Shown: one piece after another, positions 13,725 through 24,368 of the stretch | Layout of the letters: each line of letters begins with the position of its first letter | Position numbering within the stretch: the stretch's first letter is position 1 | Source: Octopus sinensis | Lineage: Eukaryota | Length of the DNA: 64,000 nt | Assembly (NCBI RefSeq): GCF_006345805.1 | Contig: NC_042999.1 | Span: forward strand, 15,562,001-15,626,000 | Direction of reading: 5' to 3' | Program-made: the position numbers and the translations under genes | Notes under the pieces: generated by a model | Told to the model about the DNA's origin: nothing | The model's input: only the letters and a program-made list of their open reading frames with translations | Databases searched by the model: none

Positions 13725-14646
13725 TAAGAAACCTGCCAGTCACCTAATGATCTGGTGGACAAACTAGTCAAATTGATTACAACTTGCCAGGAAATGGAAA
13801 AGATGACTATTTATAAATGCCAAAACCTTCCCAGATGAAGAATGCACCCTACAATATAGATTAGTAGTTAGTGACTGCAGGATCAGCACTAAATGGATGC
13901 CCAGAAGACGACCAGCATGGAGAAGAAGGGTCTGGAAGCTTAAGGATCCTGTGAATGGACAGAAATTTAGAGATGTATTACTTGAAGCTTTTGACGAAAT
14001 AGAGAGAGATATAGCATCACATTATGTGGAAGATAACTTGAGGTTTCTATGGGACAACCTATTGAGGGCTACTAACCAGATCTGTGATAGTGTAAAGTCC
14101 CCTCTAAACCCAAGGTAATGTAGTGGTGGAACAATGTAGTTGACAGGGCCATTAGGGAAAAGAAACAGGCATGGAAGGACTGGAAGAACGGTGGTAGCAG
14201 TGAATTGTATCAGATTGCCAGGAGGGAAGCTAGGAGAGGGGTTTCCTTAGCCAGAGGGAAGCAGATAAGAAAAAAATTTGCCAATGTTCTGTGATGGGAG
14301 GAACAAAAATTTGAAGTGTTTCGTGTTGCAAGACAGTGTGGGAGAGAGAATCGTGATGTCTTAGGAGAGAAATGTGTCCGCATGGATGATGGCTCACTTG
14401 CATTTAATGAAGCTGCAAGCAGAGAGACTTGGAGATGCCGCTATGAAAGGTTGCTGAATGAAGAGAATGAACGGGAGAAAAGAGTCTGCCAAATGTCGAC
14501 CCAACAGAAGGACCAGCAATCTGAATTGACAGTATGTTGATAGATAAAGCAATTAAAGGTATGAAGGCAGGGAAAGCACCTGGCCCATCACGAATCACTG
14601 CAGAGATGCTTAAAATATCTGGCGGTGTCAGCTATAGTCTAGTCTA
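13725..14646 (+). mobile_element. RTE-clade LINE internal fragment (end of endonuclease to start of RT)
   Basis: KTFPDEECTLQYRLVVSD, RRVWKLKDP, WWNNVVDRAIREKKQAWKDWK and GKAPGPSRITAEMLK motifs with stops. Confidence 0.85.
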
Positions 14647-14834
14647 ATGATTGAAACAAGTAAAAGGTAAAAGATTTAATATATTATAGATGTTGTGTAT
14701 TTTTATTGTTTAATATATATATTATTCACTGTATGTAGTTGATAGTGTTCTGTATGTGAGATAGAGAAATCCTCAAGAGAAAGGGCAACAGGTGGAAAGG
14801 TATGCACACACACACACACACAGATATATATATT

Positions 14835-15075
14835 TTAGAAGAAATGAGGTACTCAGAAATCTGGATGGCTTTATATTTACAGATATTTATTAGTATGTTA
14901 CATGTTTTTATAAATCATATATCATATATTAGCACTTTTGCCCACTCTAGTGGCGTTATCAAATTTGACAACCCCACTAGAGTGGGCGAAGGCGCTAATA
15001 TATGATTTATAAAAACACGTAACATACTAATAAATATAAAACCATCAAGATATCTGAGTACCTCATTTCTTCTAA
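14835..15075. repeat. Long palindrome (about 120-bp arms), probable inverted Penelope-like pseudo-LTRs
   Basis: ttagaagaaatgaggtactcag...caaatttg (centre 14960-14967)...ctgagtacctcatttcttctaa. Confidence 0.8.
14928..14999. ncRNA. Back-to-back pair of decayed U3-A8 hammerhead motifs at a palindrome centre
   Basis: Plus strand: UUGACAA C CCCAC uaga GUGGG C GAAG GCGC UA. Minus strand: UUGAUAA C GCCAC uaga GUGGG C AAAA GUGC UA. The consensus of the two gives GAAA GCGC UA. Confidence 0.5.
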
Positions 15076-15133
15076 TATATAATACCTGTGCATCATCTCC
15101 AAACCTTCTAATATATATATATATATATATATA

Positions 15134-15537
15134 TCATCATCATCATCATCATCATCATTTAGCGTCCGTTTTCCATGCTAGCATGGGTTGGACGGTTCAA
15201 CTGGGGTCTGGGGAGCCCGAAGGCTGCACCAGGCCAGTCAGATCTGGCAGTGTTTCTACAGCTGGATGCCCTTCCTAACGCCAACCACTCCGAGAGTGTA
15301 GTGGGTGATTTTATGTGCCACCGACACAGGTGCCAGACGAGGCTGGCGAACGGCCACGCTCGGATGGTGTTTTTATGTGCCACCGACACAGGTGCCAGAC
15401 GAGGCTGGCAGACGGCCACGCTCGGATGGTGTTTTTATGTGCCACCGACACAGGTGCCAGATGAGGCTGGCAGGTGCCAGACGAGGCTGGCAGACGGCCA
15501 CGCTCGGATGGTGTTTTTATGTGCCACCGACACAGGT
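15134..15537 (-). mobile_element. SINE family B with an internal 62-bp tandem repeat
   Basis: Repeat units start at 15309, 15371 and 15433. Confidence 0.85.
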
Positions 15538-17249
15538 ATATATATATATATGATATACAAAAACAAAACAAAAAATTGTGTATGTTGAAAGCAAAACTCT
15601 AAATAATTAAGGAAAATTAAATTTCTGCTCATTTAGAATATAAAAAATGTTGCTTCTTAAACAATTTAATGAGGAATCTTTAAATTTTTGATGAATTTTT
15701 CCCTTTAAGAAACCTTTGTAAAAATTGATTCATCAGTTTCCAACAGACTTTGTTCTACAAACTCAATTAAATTAAGTCAATATTTTATATTTAGGCTTGG
15801 ATATTTTATTAGAGTTTTCAAAGATCATAAATTTGATAAATTGTACAAAATTTGAATTTAATTAATATCAGTTTTCATTAGTCTAATTTAGATAATAACA
15901 TAATTGGTGTGGTTGGGCAATAATTTATGAGAGGAGGGTTTTTTTACATCTAAAAATTCTTATTTTGGTAAAGGTTAAACAATCAACTCAAGAAGTATAA
16001 GATCAGTATTGTAATTTGTTTTCAAGTGTTTGTAAATATATTTACCTCAGCTAATAAAGTAACCCACAAAATTAAAAAATTTTGTTAACTAAATATTGAG
16101 ATTTATTATAAACATAAGCAATCTGTGTCTGTCTGTAAAAATATGTTTCTTTTGAAGAAATTTTAGCAGGTTTTACATCTAAAGAGCAACTTTTGCATCA
16201 CTTTTAAATGTCACCTGAATTAGAGCAGTAAGAAAGTTTACAGATAATTAAGATAACAGAAATCACTAATTTCACAAAAAGTAAACATTTGTACCAGGTG
16301 AACTAATGTTTATGGCAAAAAAAAAAAAATGTATCAGATAATATAAAAGTCCCAAACAGATAAGATAAAATAAAATTATTCTTGTACTGAATTCAGCTAA
16401 AGTAAACCAGTCTTACAGGACCCTTTACATCTTTTTTCAACTGTTACCTTAAGTACTTGTAGCAGTATCTGATATCCTCACTGTTTGAGAGACACAATAA
16501 GAATGATCTCGTTTGAGATTACAACCATCTTTGGCTAGTTTGACCCTGTTGTATCCACAGCTCTGATTGGTTGGCATCTAGTGCGGTTTGTCACTCCACT
16601 TATTTCGCGCCAGGGTGTAAAAGCCAACCAATCACGGCCTTTGGATAGGATGCTTCATTTGAGCCACTTTAACTCTTTAAATAAGCCTGCTTTCGCTATT
16701 CTTCATCTTTTGGCCCCAGACCTTTTAAGGTCTAGTCACTGACCACAGAGCTACTCAGCCATGTTCCAGTTCCAGTGACAGACAGCCAGCCAACCACATG
16801 TAAGCAGGTAAAATGCATGCAACACTACAATAACATTAGCATGACAATAACATTAGCATGACAATAATATCACCTGTCTTAGAAATGAATTGCTTTTAGA
16901 GTAACAATAGTGAAATTATTGTGTCTAGTTCTCAGATGACCTACAACTTATCAAAGGAGCATGTACAGTACATAGAATTATGTACAAATGTTAGGAACTA
17001 GTACACTGCCTGTTATTTCATAAAAAAAACAAAAAACAAAAAACAAAAAACAAAATACAAAATACAAATTACATGAACATATATAAACAGAAGATACAAA
17101 TATTACAGGCATCCCCCACATACACACACTAAATAAACATAAACGCACATAGAGATATAAGCATGCGCAAATGAAGACATACAATAGAAATACAAAATGG
17201 CTGACGGTTAGTAAGGAGAGACACAAATAAGTAAGAAGAAAACAAAGGA

Positions 17250-17289
17250 CCACTGATGCGGTCACAGGAGTGTGACGAAAGAACTCTGG
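17250..17289 (+). ncRNA. Minimal hammerhead motif, A9C variant
   Basis: CCA CUGAUGC G GUCACA ggag UGUGAC GAAA GAAC UC UGG. Confidence 0.6.
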
Positions 17290-17513
17290 CCGAAATAAGA
17301 TTAAGATTAATGTAAAAAATAAATAACACTGAAGCAAAGTAACACCAAATATATAGTGCGTGTGTTTTTATTGGCTAAACTGGCAAAATGACCATTCCAA
17401 AATGTAACAATATCTGTTTCAACACATGACTTCACATAAAAAATCTTGCACAACAAATATTTAAACGTATTTTTGTTCTTGTTTTTGTTTAATATAACAA
17501 TAATAAATAATAT

Positions 17514-17773
17514 AAGCCGTTTGATTCACTTCAACATTTAAGTTTAATTTAAGACCGCGACCTGTTCGCTGACAGCACGGATTTTTGTCAGTGAACAGGT
17601 CGCGGTCTTAATGCGACGAAAATATTTTGACAAATTAAACTTAAATGTTGAAGTGAATCAAACGGCTTTTGTGTGTTTCTTAAATGGCTTACAAACACCT
17701 TCCACGCTGCAATTGTTTTCGTTTCAGCACATGATCTCAGATCAAATCACTTGCTATGCAAGTACATCTCCGT
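17514..17773 (+). mobile_element. Penelope-like pseudo-LTR with a partial inverted copy
   Basis: Inverted arms 17514-17550/17632-17668 and 17551-17574/17586-17609. Contains the hammerhead at 17584-17634. Confidence 0.6.
17584..17634 (+). ncRNA. Minimal hammerhead motif with G3-C8 swapped core
   Basis: UUUGUCA GUGAACA G GUCGC ggucuuaau GCGAC GAAA AUAU UU UGACAAA. 7-bp stem I, 5-bp stem II, palindromic stem III AAUAUU. Confidence 0.7.
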
Positions 17774-18989
17774 AAATAAATAATATAATAATAATAAATT
17801 TCTTTTATTATTGGAGAACTGCATTTCATATTGTTTGCAATGTTTGTTCGTATACCAATTGTGAAATCAAAATCTTTTTATTCATAGTACCTGAAATATC
17901 ATCCAAAGCTTGAGGGACTGATTCAGCATTTTGTTAATCATCAATGTTTGAGTCAGTGTTTATTTGATCTGCGTGAATTAATATATCCTGTTCACCCCTT
18001 AAGAATCACAACTGTATAATAACCCGCATGGAGTTCAACATGACTTCTGCATCAATACCAAACAAGAGCTGCAACAATTTCATAAGACATTGTTGATGGT
18101 GATCGTATTTGTCTACCCATCAAAGCAGTTTTCCTGAGTGAAGAATTCTGTGCAATATCTCAAAAGCGTGTTACTTGACTACGCATTAATAGAACCTATA
18201 CATAGGCAATATTCTTTTAAACCAATTCTAATACTTACAATCATTTGTTCAGAATTCCATTTGATTCTTGATGATATGGAGCTGTTTCCATAAGTTCATC
18301 CAATCTTATTTTGCCACATGAGTTAGTCATTACCATGGAATTTATTGGCCTTATCAGACAGCAATGCTTCTAAAACACCATCTCCAGATATACAATCTTA
18401 ACTGTTTCAACATCTTATTCTTAATCTGTATTACATCTGGCCATCCACCGTATGTTTCAACAAGTATTAAGAACAACCATAAGTTCTTTACATATCCATG
18501 TTTAATTTCTTTAGGCCATTGTGTGAGGTAACTCTCATACAATTTTAGCACACATTGAACATCTTTTATATCATAATATCCTTCACAGTTACCTAGCCAC
18601 CATACTTCAAATTGCAACCGATTCTTTATTGTCATTGATCTACAAAGTGCATCATCATAAAAGGCACAGCTTTTGTTATAAATGTTTTCAAACAGATTAT
18701 TAGAATATTTAATTCTTAATTCTCTATTATACAAAATACCATCTTCAACATTTAAATTCTCTTTCTGATCTCTTAAGTAATGTTTTAATAACAGAGCAAT
18801 TACTCTTATAGATATTATGAATCCTTTTCAAAAATAAATAAAATATTATCATTGGTAGTTTCTACTTCTATATTTTCATGTTTTATAACATCAATTTCTA
18901 CATGAAAGAAAAATTATCATCATCTTCCTTCTCACCACCACCACATCACTCACTACCACCACTACCATCATGATTACATTAACCCTAAC

Positions 18990-19440
18990 CCACTAAACTC
19001 TGCTTGCGAAGACCTGTTGAGGCAAGTGAAATCAAAATCAAATTCGATGTCTGGCATCCGTGCTAATGGAGCGCTAAGACAACCATCTGAGCATGATTAT
19101 TGCCAACGTTGCTTTACTGGCACTTGTGCTGGTGGCACATGAAAAATATTTGGGCAAGGTCGTTGCCAGTGCCACTGGACTGGCTCCTGTGCAGGTGGCA
19201 TGTAAAAAAAAACATTTGAGTGTGGCCATTGCCAGTACCGCCTGACTCACCCTCATGCCGGTGGCACGTAAAAGCACTCACTACACTCTCAGAGTGGTTG
19301 GCGTTAGGAAGGGCATCCAGCTGTAGAAACATTGCCAGATCAGATTGGAGCTTGGTGCAGCCATCTGGTTCGCCAGTCCTCAGTCAAATCGTCCAACCCA
19401 TGCCAACATGGAAAGTGGACGTTAAACGATGATTATTATT
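18990..19440 (+). mobile_element. SINE family B
   Basis: Same core and tail, inserted in the older Gypsy. Confidence 0.8.
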
Positions 19441-19600
19441 ATTATTATTATTATCAATAAATGTAAACTGTCATAATGTATCAACATATGGTATTTGAGA
19501 TATCATTTCATAATGTATATCATAATGAACTACTATCAGTTGTAAGATATATCTTAAACTATATGCAGATGTTAATTTTGGTGACAACAAATTTTGTTGG

Positions 19601-19741
19601 TGTTATGCAAATAACATTGATATAAAGAGCATGCGCATTAGACAGGAAGAGGAAGAGAAAGAACGGCCATTTGGAATGACGTACAAGATTATGACTAAAA
19701 ATTAGATTCTTTGAACCAGGACTCACTGGTTATACATTACA
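19601..19741 (+). repeat. 5' LTR
   Basis: tgttatgc...acattaca, direct repeat of 22750-22890 with about 12 substitutions counted by eye. Confidence 0.95.
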
Positions 19742-19822
19742 ATCAGAGAAACTAATTTCTGGAAATACCCAATTGGGAAAAGTTGCAGAGCAGTCTATAG
19801 AGAAAGAAATTTGTGAAAAGAC

Positions 19823-20671
19823 GTGAACGATATAGAAAGATACTTGAAACCTGACAGATTGAATGTAGACCCAAATTCTACAAATGCGAATAAAACTTTT
19901 AATCACTGGTTTAGAACTTTTACCAACTTTATAGGCTCACTACCAGGGCAGGAAAGTAGGATTATCAATAAACTCAATCTTTTGATTAATTACGTGGAAC
20001 CGAACGTATATGATATTCATTGGTGAAGCTAAGAACTACGAACAAGCTGTGAATACATTAAAGAGTGTGTACATTAAATCAAAGAACATCGTAATGGCAC
20101 GGTATCTTTTAGCCACAAGAAAACAGATACCAGGGGAATCTCTAGACCAGTTCTTAAATGAACTCAAAATATTAGCGAAAAACTGTGACTTTATTGCAGT
20201 GAGCGCTGAGCAGTACTGGTCCAAAATGATTCGAGATGCTTTTATAAATGGGCTCACTTCAAATCAAATACAACAAAGACTATTAGAAAACAAAAGTGTC
20301 GACTTCAGTACAGGTTATGATCAAGCACATTTACAGATGTGGCGCAACAGAGTTCCAGTGTCTTTCTAAACTCTGAGGGTGCCAACTTCAGTCAAACTGC
20401 ACCCATTGTAGCTAAGCCAATAGATTCCCCAAAGCAGGAAGGAAAACACTCTGCCATGACCCGAAAAGGAGACCCCTTTCAATGTTGGTTTTGTGGCTAT
20501 TCTAGACACCCACAGACTCACTGCCCTTCATGGAAAGCAGTCTGTCACAAATGCCAAAAAATAGGGCATTTTGGAAAACTGTGTAGGAGCAACGCAGCAA
20601 CTGTAACACAGGATGAGGGTAAATATGATTTGCCATTGGCAGTATCAGCATCAGCAGGTTCACCCTTCTGA
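19823..20671 (+). pseudogene. gag: Gypsy gag (frameshifted)
   Basis: ORF pieces 19823-20026, 20010-20369 and 20339-20671. ARYLLATRKQIPGESLDQFL and IRDAFINGL motifs. Zinc knuckles CWFCGYSRHPQTHC and CHKCQKIGHFGKLC. Confidence 0.9.
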
Positions 20672-22630
20672 GTAATCTCTATGGTGTTATACTGAACAAT
20701 AGCTATAAAGCCAAAGCATTAATTGATAGCGGCAGCACTGAGAAGAGCTTCATCAGTGAGAAGCTAGTGAACACACTCAACATCAAGACGGTCAAATTGA
20801 AGAATGTCATTGGTATAGCTTCTGCATCTCTTTCTGCAGAATCCAAGGGATACTGCACTGTTTCACTAGCCCTGAATAATCAGAAATACTACCATGTGAA
20901 ACTGTACATGCTCAGAAACTTGTGCACTGACCTAATTCTGGGTACTGACTTCCAAGAACGGTATGAAAGTATTACCATGCAATACGGAGGACAGAGACCA
21001 CCAATAACATTTACTGCACTAACAGCTATGCAGAATGATCCTCCAAACCTATTCGCTCATCTCAGAGAGGACTGTAAACCTATTGCAGCCAAATAACAAA
21101 AATACTCAGAATGTGATCAAGAGTTCATCAGGACAGAAGTACGCCGCTTAGCAGATGCAAACATTATATTGAACCTAGTAACTCCCCTTGGAGATTGCAT
21201 GTGTTAGTTGTTCAAGACAAAAAAAAAACGAAGAATGGTGACTGAATACTCAGAGATGATTAACAAATATACACAGCTTGATGCCAACCACTTTCCTAAA
21301 ATTGATGAGTTACTGAACACTATCACCAAGTATAAGGTCTACAGTACTATAGACTTACGTTTGGCATACCATCAGATTCCTCTATCAGAGAAAGACCGTC
21401 AATTCACTGCCTTTGAAGCTGATGGTAAATTATGGCATTATACTCGGATTCAGTTCAGAGTAACTAACGGCAACGCATGTTTCCAACGTATAATGGACAA
21501 CTTCGTGAGTAAATACAAGCTGCGAGATACGTTCCCATTCATAGACAATTTAACCATATGTGGGAAAGATCAAAATGACCACGATGAAAATTTAGAAAAA
21601 TTTGAAATGGCAGCAAAAAGTGAAGGGCTTACCATGAATGAAGACAAATGCATTTACTCAACAACAACTCTTGACTTTCTTGGATACCGTACCTCACACA
21701 ATACCCTCATCCCTGACCCAGAAAGGCTTGCTCCACTCCTCAATCTTCCTACACCAACTGACCAGAAATTATTAAAACGTATAGTCGGTATGTTTTCTTA
21801 TTATGCTAAGTGGATTTCCAAATTTTCTGACAAAATATATTCTCTAAATAACGTATTAAAATTCCCTCTAAACAACCAACAAGTAAAAGCATTTGAGTCA
21901 TTAAAAGTAGAACTAGCCAATGCTGCCATTCAAGTAATAGATGAGAACATTCTATTTACTGTTGAGACAGATGCTTCGGATTTTGCCATATCTGCGACAC
22001 TAAATCAAGATGGAAGACCAGTAGCATTCCATTCTCACACGCTGCAAGTTAGCGAACAGTACCACTCCTCAGTTGAAAAGGAAGCCCAAGCAATTATCAA
22101 ATCAATTCATCATTGGAGACACTTTCTTCTAGTTAGACATTTTACATTAATTACTGATTAACATTCTGTTGCATTCATGTATAATTATAAAGTGACGAGC
22201 AAAATTAAAAATGATAAAATTATGAGATGACGCATTGCATTATCTCCATATTCATATGATATTCACTATTGCCCAGGATCCAGTAACATTGCTCCGGATG
22301 CATTCACAAGGGTATGCTGTTCAGCAATTAGTTCACATTCACTTTATGAGTTACATGTAGCGCACTGTGCCATCCTGGTGTAGTACGCCTTCGTCATTTC
22401 GTCTGCAGTAGATATCTTCCATATTCATTAGAGAACGTGAAACAAATATGTAGGAGTTGCTCTATATGTCAAGAAGTGAAACCACAATATTATAAACCAG
22501 ACTCAGTTAATTTAATTAAGGCGGCCATGCAGCCCTTCAAGTGAATTTCCATCGATTTCAAAGGTCCGATTTCTTCCATGAAGCATCCTTATCTCCTAAC
22601 AATAGTTGACAAATACTCTCGGTTTCTATT
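20672..22630 (+). pseudogene. pol: Gypsy pol (protease, RT, RNase H, N-terminal integrase) with stops and frameshifts
   Basis: ALIDSGS (protease), IDLRLAYHQI and FPFIDNL (RT), ETDASDFAI (RNase H). HPG...CRSCSIC and ISIDFKGP...IVDKYSRF (integrase), then an abrupt jump to the 3' end. Confidence 0.9.
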
Positions 22631-22749
22631 TTGTTAAGAACAAAAAGAAGAATCCCCTCAGCTGTGTTGATCACGAAGGATTCAGAAAGGCCTGGAAAGG
22701 CTTGATCTATGATTTTTGTTTTTTCCTTTTTTTTCTAGGAGGGAGTGAA

Positions 22750-22890
22750 TGTTATACAAATATCATTGATATAAAGAGCATGCACTTTAGACAGGAAGAG
22801 GAAGAGAGAGAACGGCCATTTGGAATAACATACATGATTATGACTAAAAATTAGTTGCTTTGAACCAGGATTTACTGGTTATACATTACA
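22750..22890 (+). repeat. 3' LTR
   Basis: tgttatac...acattaca followed by the GTTGG TSD. Confidence 0.95.
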
Positions 22891-23500
22891 GTTGGTGTCC
22901 TGTGATCTGAGACCAATTTAAATTTTTATTCAAGAAGAAAACACTTAGCTTTTCAAATAAACAACACAGCCACCAGCAACTTCCTTTTCAATATTTATGT
23001 ATCTTGTTTTCCCTATGGTTAATGTTCTCAACACTTGTGAAAGTATTCTTGATGCTATTTTACACTTGTGTCAGTTAGGCCACTGGTTCCGATACAAAAC
23101 AACAGTTTTATATACTTACACACCTGTTACTGGACACCTGCCAAACACGGAACACATGCTTAAAGTGATGTAAGCAATGTTATGTGGTCTGAATAATGAT
23201 CGATATATATATGTATATATTTCTGTAGTATATGTATTTATATATATATATGCCACAGAAATTGACGACACCAAGATCTATAATTCTCAAAACTAAATGA
23301 TAATCTGGCGATGTACCATCTTTTGTGAGTCTATATGCCATAAAAGATAATTCATCAGTCTTTAACCCAGACTTAGTTTGAGTGATTATTTTAATGTTCT
23401 AATGATCTTATCTATTTTGATGTGTAAACTACCAACAGTTTTAGTCACAACACATACATCAAATTGATAAATAATAACTTTATCATTGTCATTTCCAAGA

Positions 23501-23908
23501 TCATCATCATCATTGTTCGACCGTGGTCGAGACAATGGAATTTACCATGCTACGCCAGATTTCACGGTCCATCATGGCATTACGGAGGTCCTGTTGCTGG
23601 ATGCCTGTATCCCTGGAGATTACATCAGGGTAGGAGAGTGTGTGCCCTCTGGTATTGCGAGTAGGTGGCTTCCAGAGGAGAAGAGTAGAGATTACTTCTT
23701 TTTCAGCTCTACAACAATGTCCAGCAAACTGGACTCTCCTATCTTTCACAAGAGATGACACAGGTGGTAGGTTCCCATATATTTGCATTTTGGTTGGATG
23801 GCGCTTCCATGAGAGATTTTGAGCTCTCATAAGGAGGCGAGTGTAGGTTCCATCCAACCGCCTCTCAAGCTTCTTTGATAACGTCCAGGTTTCTGAGCCA
23901 AGATACTT
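23501..23908 (-). mobile_element. RTE-clade LINE 3' end, 5'-truncated
   Basis: GSETWTLSKKLERRLDGTYTRLL...RRVQFAGHC...REIWR, followed by a (gat)n tail. Confidence 0.85.
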
Positions 23909-24094
23909 GATGGATCTTATCATCTAGCTCCAGAATGGCTCCCAATAATATGCTAAGTTCTATGTGGGAAAGGAGGATATTGAAATCCATAACCACCAAA
24001 GCCTGAAGGCAAGGAACATGAGCAAGAATAGCCAATGTTTGTATCGTATACTTTTGTATCAGAAATGAGTGCCTTAGGGGAAGAAAGTGTGCGT

Positions 24095-24368
24095 CGCCTT
24101 GACTGGCTTCTGAGCCGGTGGCACGTAAAAAACCACCAATCCGATCGTGGCTGTTGCCAGCCTCGTCCGGCACCTGTGCCGGTGGCATATAAAAAGCACT
24201 TACTACACTCACAGAGTGGTTGGCATTAGGAAGGGCATCCAGCTGTAGAAACACTGCCAGATCAGACTGGAGCCTGGTGCAGCCTCCTGGCTTCCCAGAT
24301 CCCGGTCGAACCGTCCAACCCATGCTAGCATGGAAAACGGACGTTAAACGATGATGATGATGATGATG
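24095..24368 (+). mobile_element. SINE family B
   Basis: Same core and (gat)n tail. Confidence 0.8.

Larger units (their letters stand above)
19601..22890 (+). mobile_element. Ty3/Gypsy LTR retrotransposon, both LTRs present, decayed, integrase internally deleted
   Basis: 141-bp TG...CA LTRs and a GTTGG 5-bp TSD (19596-19600, 22891-22895). Polypurine tract aggagggagtgaa before the 3' LTR. Domain order gag-PR-RT-RH-IN. Confidence 0.95.
17800..23470 (-). mobile_element. Older, heavily decayed Ty3/Gypsy pol, interrupted by the LTR element at 19601-22890 and a SINE
   Basis: Minus-strand remnants: LSFMAYRLTKDGTSPD...LGVVNF (RT, about 23250-23380), RYINIEKE...LVSDHRT (RNase H, about 22900-23030), PKLTSA...YDIHYE...IPYVDTL (19480-19590), and LNVEDGIL...EVWWLG...LFLILVETYGGWPDV (integrase, 18350-18780). 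Confidence 0.75.

Noticed and set aside
15309-15537. Regularly spaced repeats superficially like a CRISPR array
   Set aside because: Whole units repeat with no unique spacers, inside a eukaryotic SINE, and no cas genes are present.
23910-24095. Open minus-strand frame between the RTE fragment and a SINE
   Set aside because: No splice sites or recognisable motif. The 170-aa ORF is a fusion of SINE, unknown and LINE sequence.
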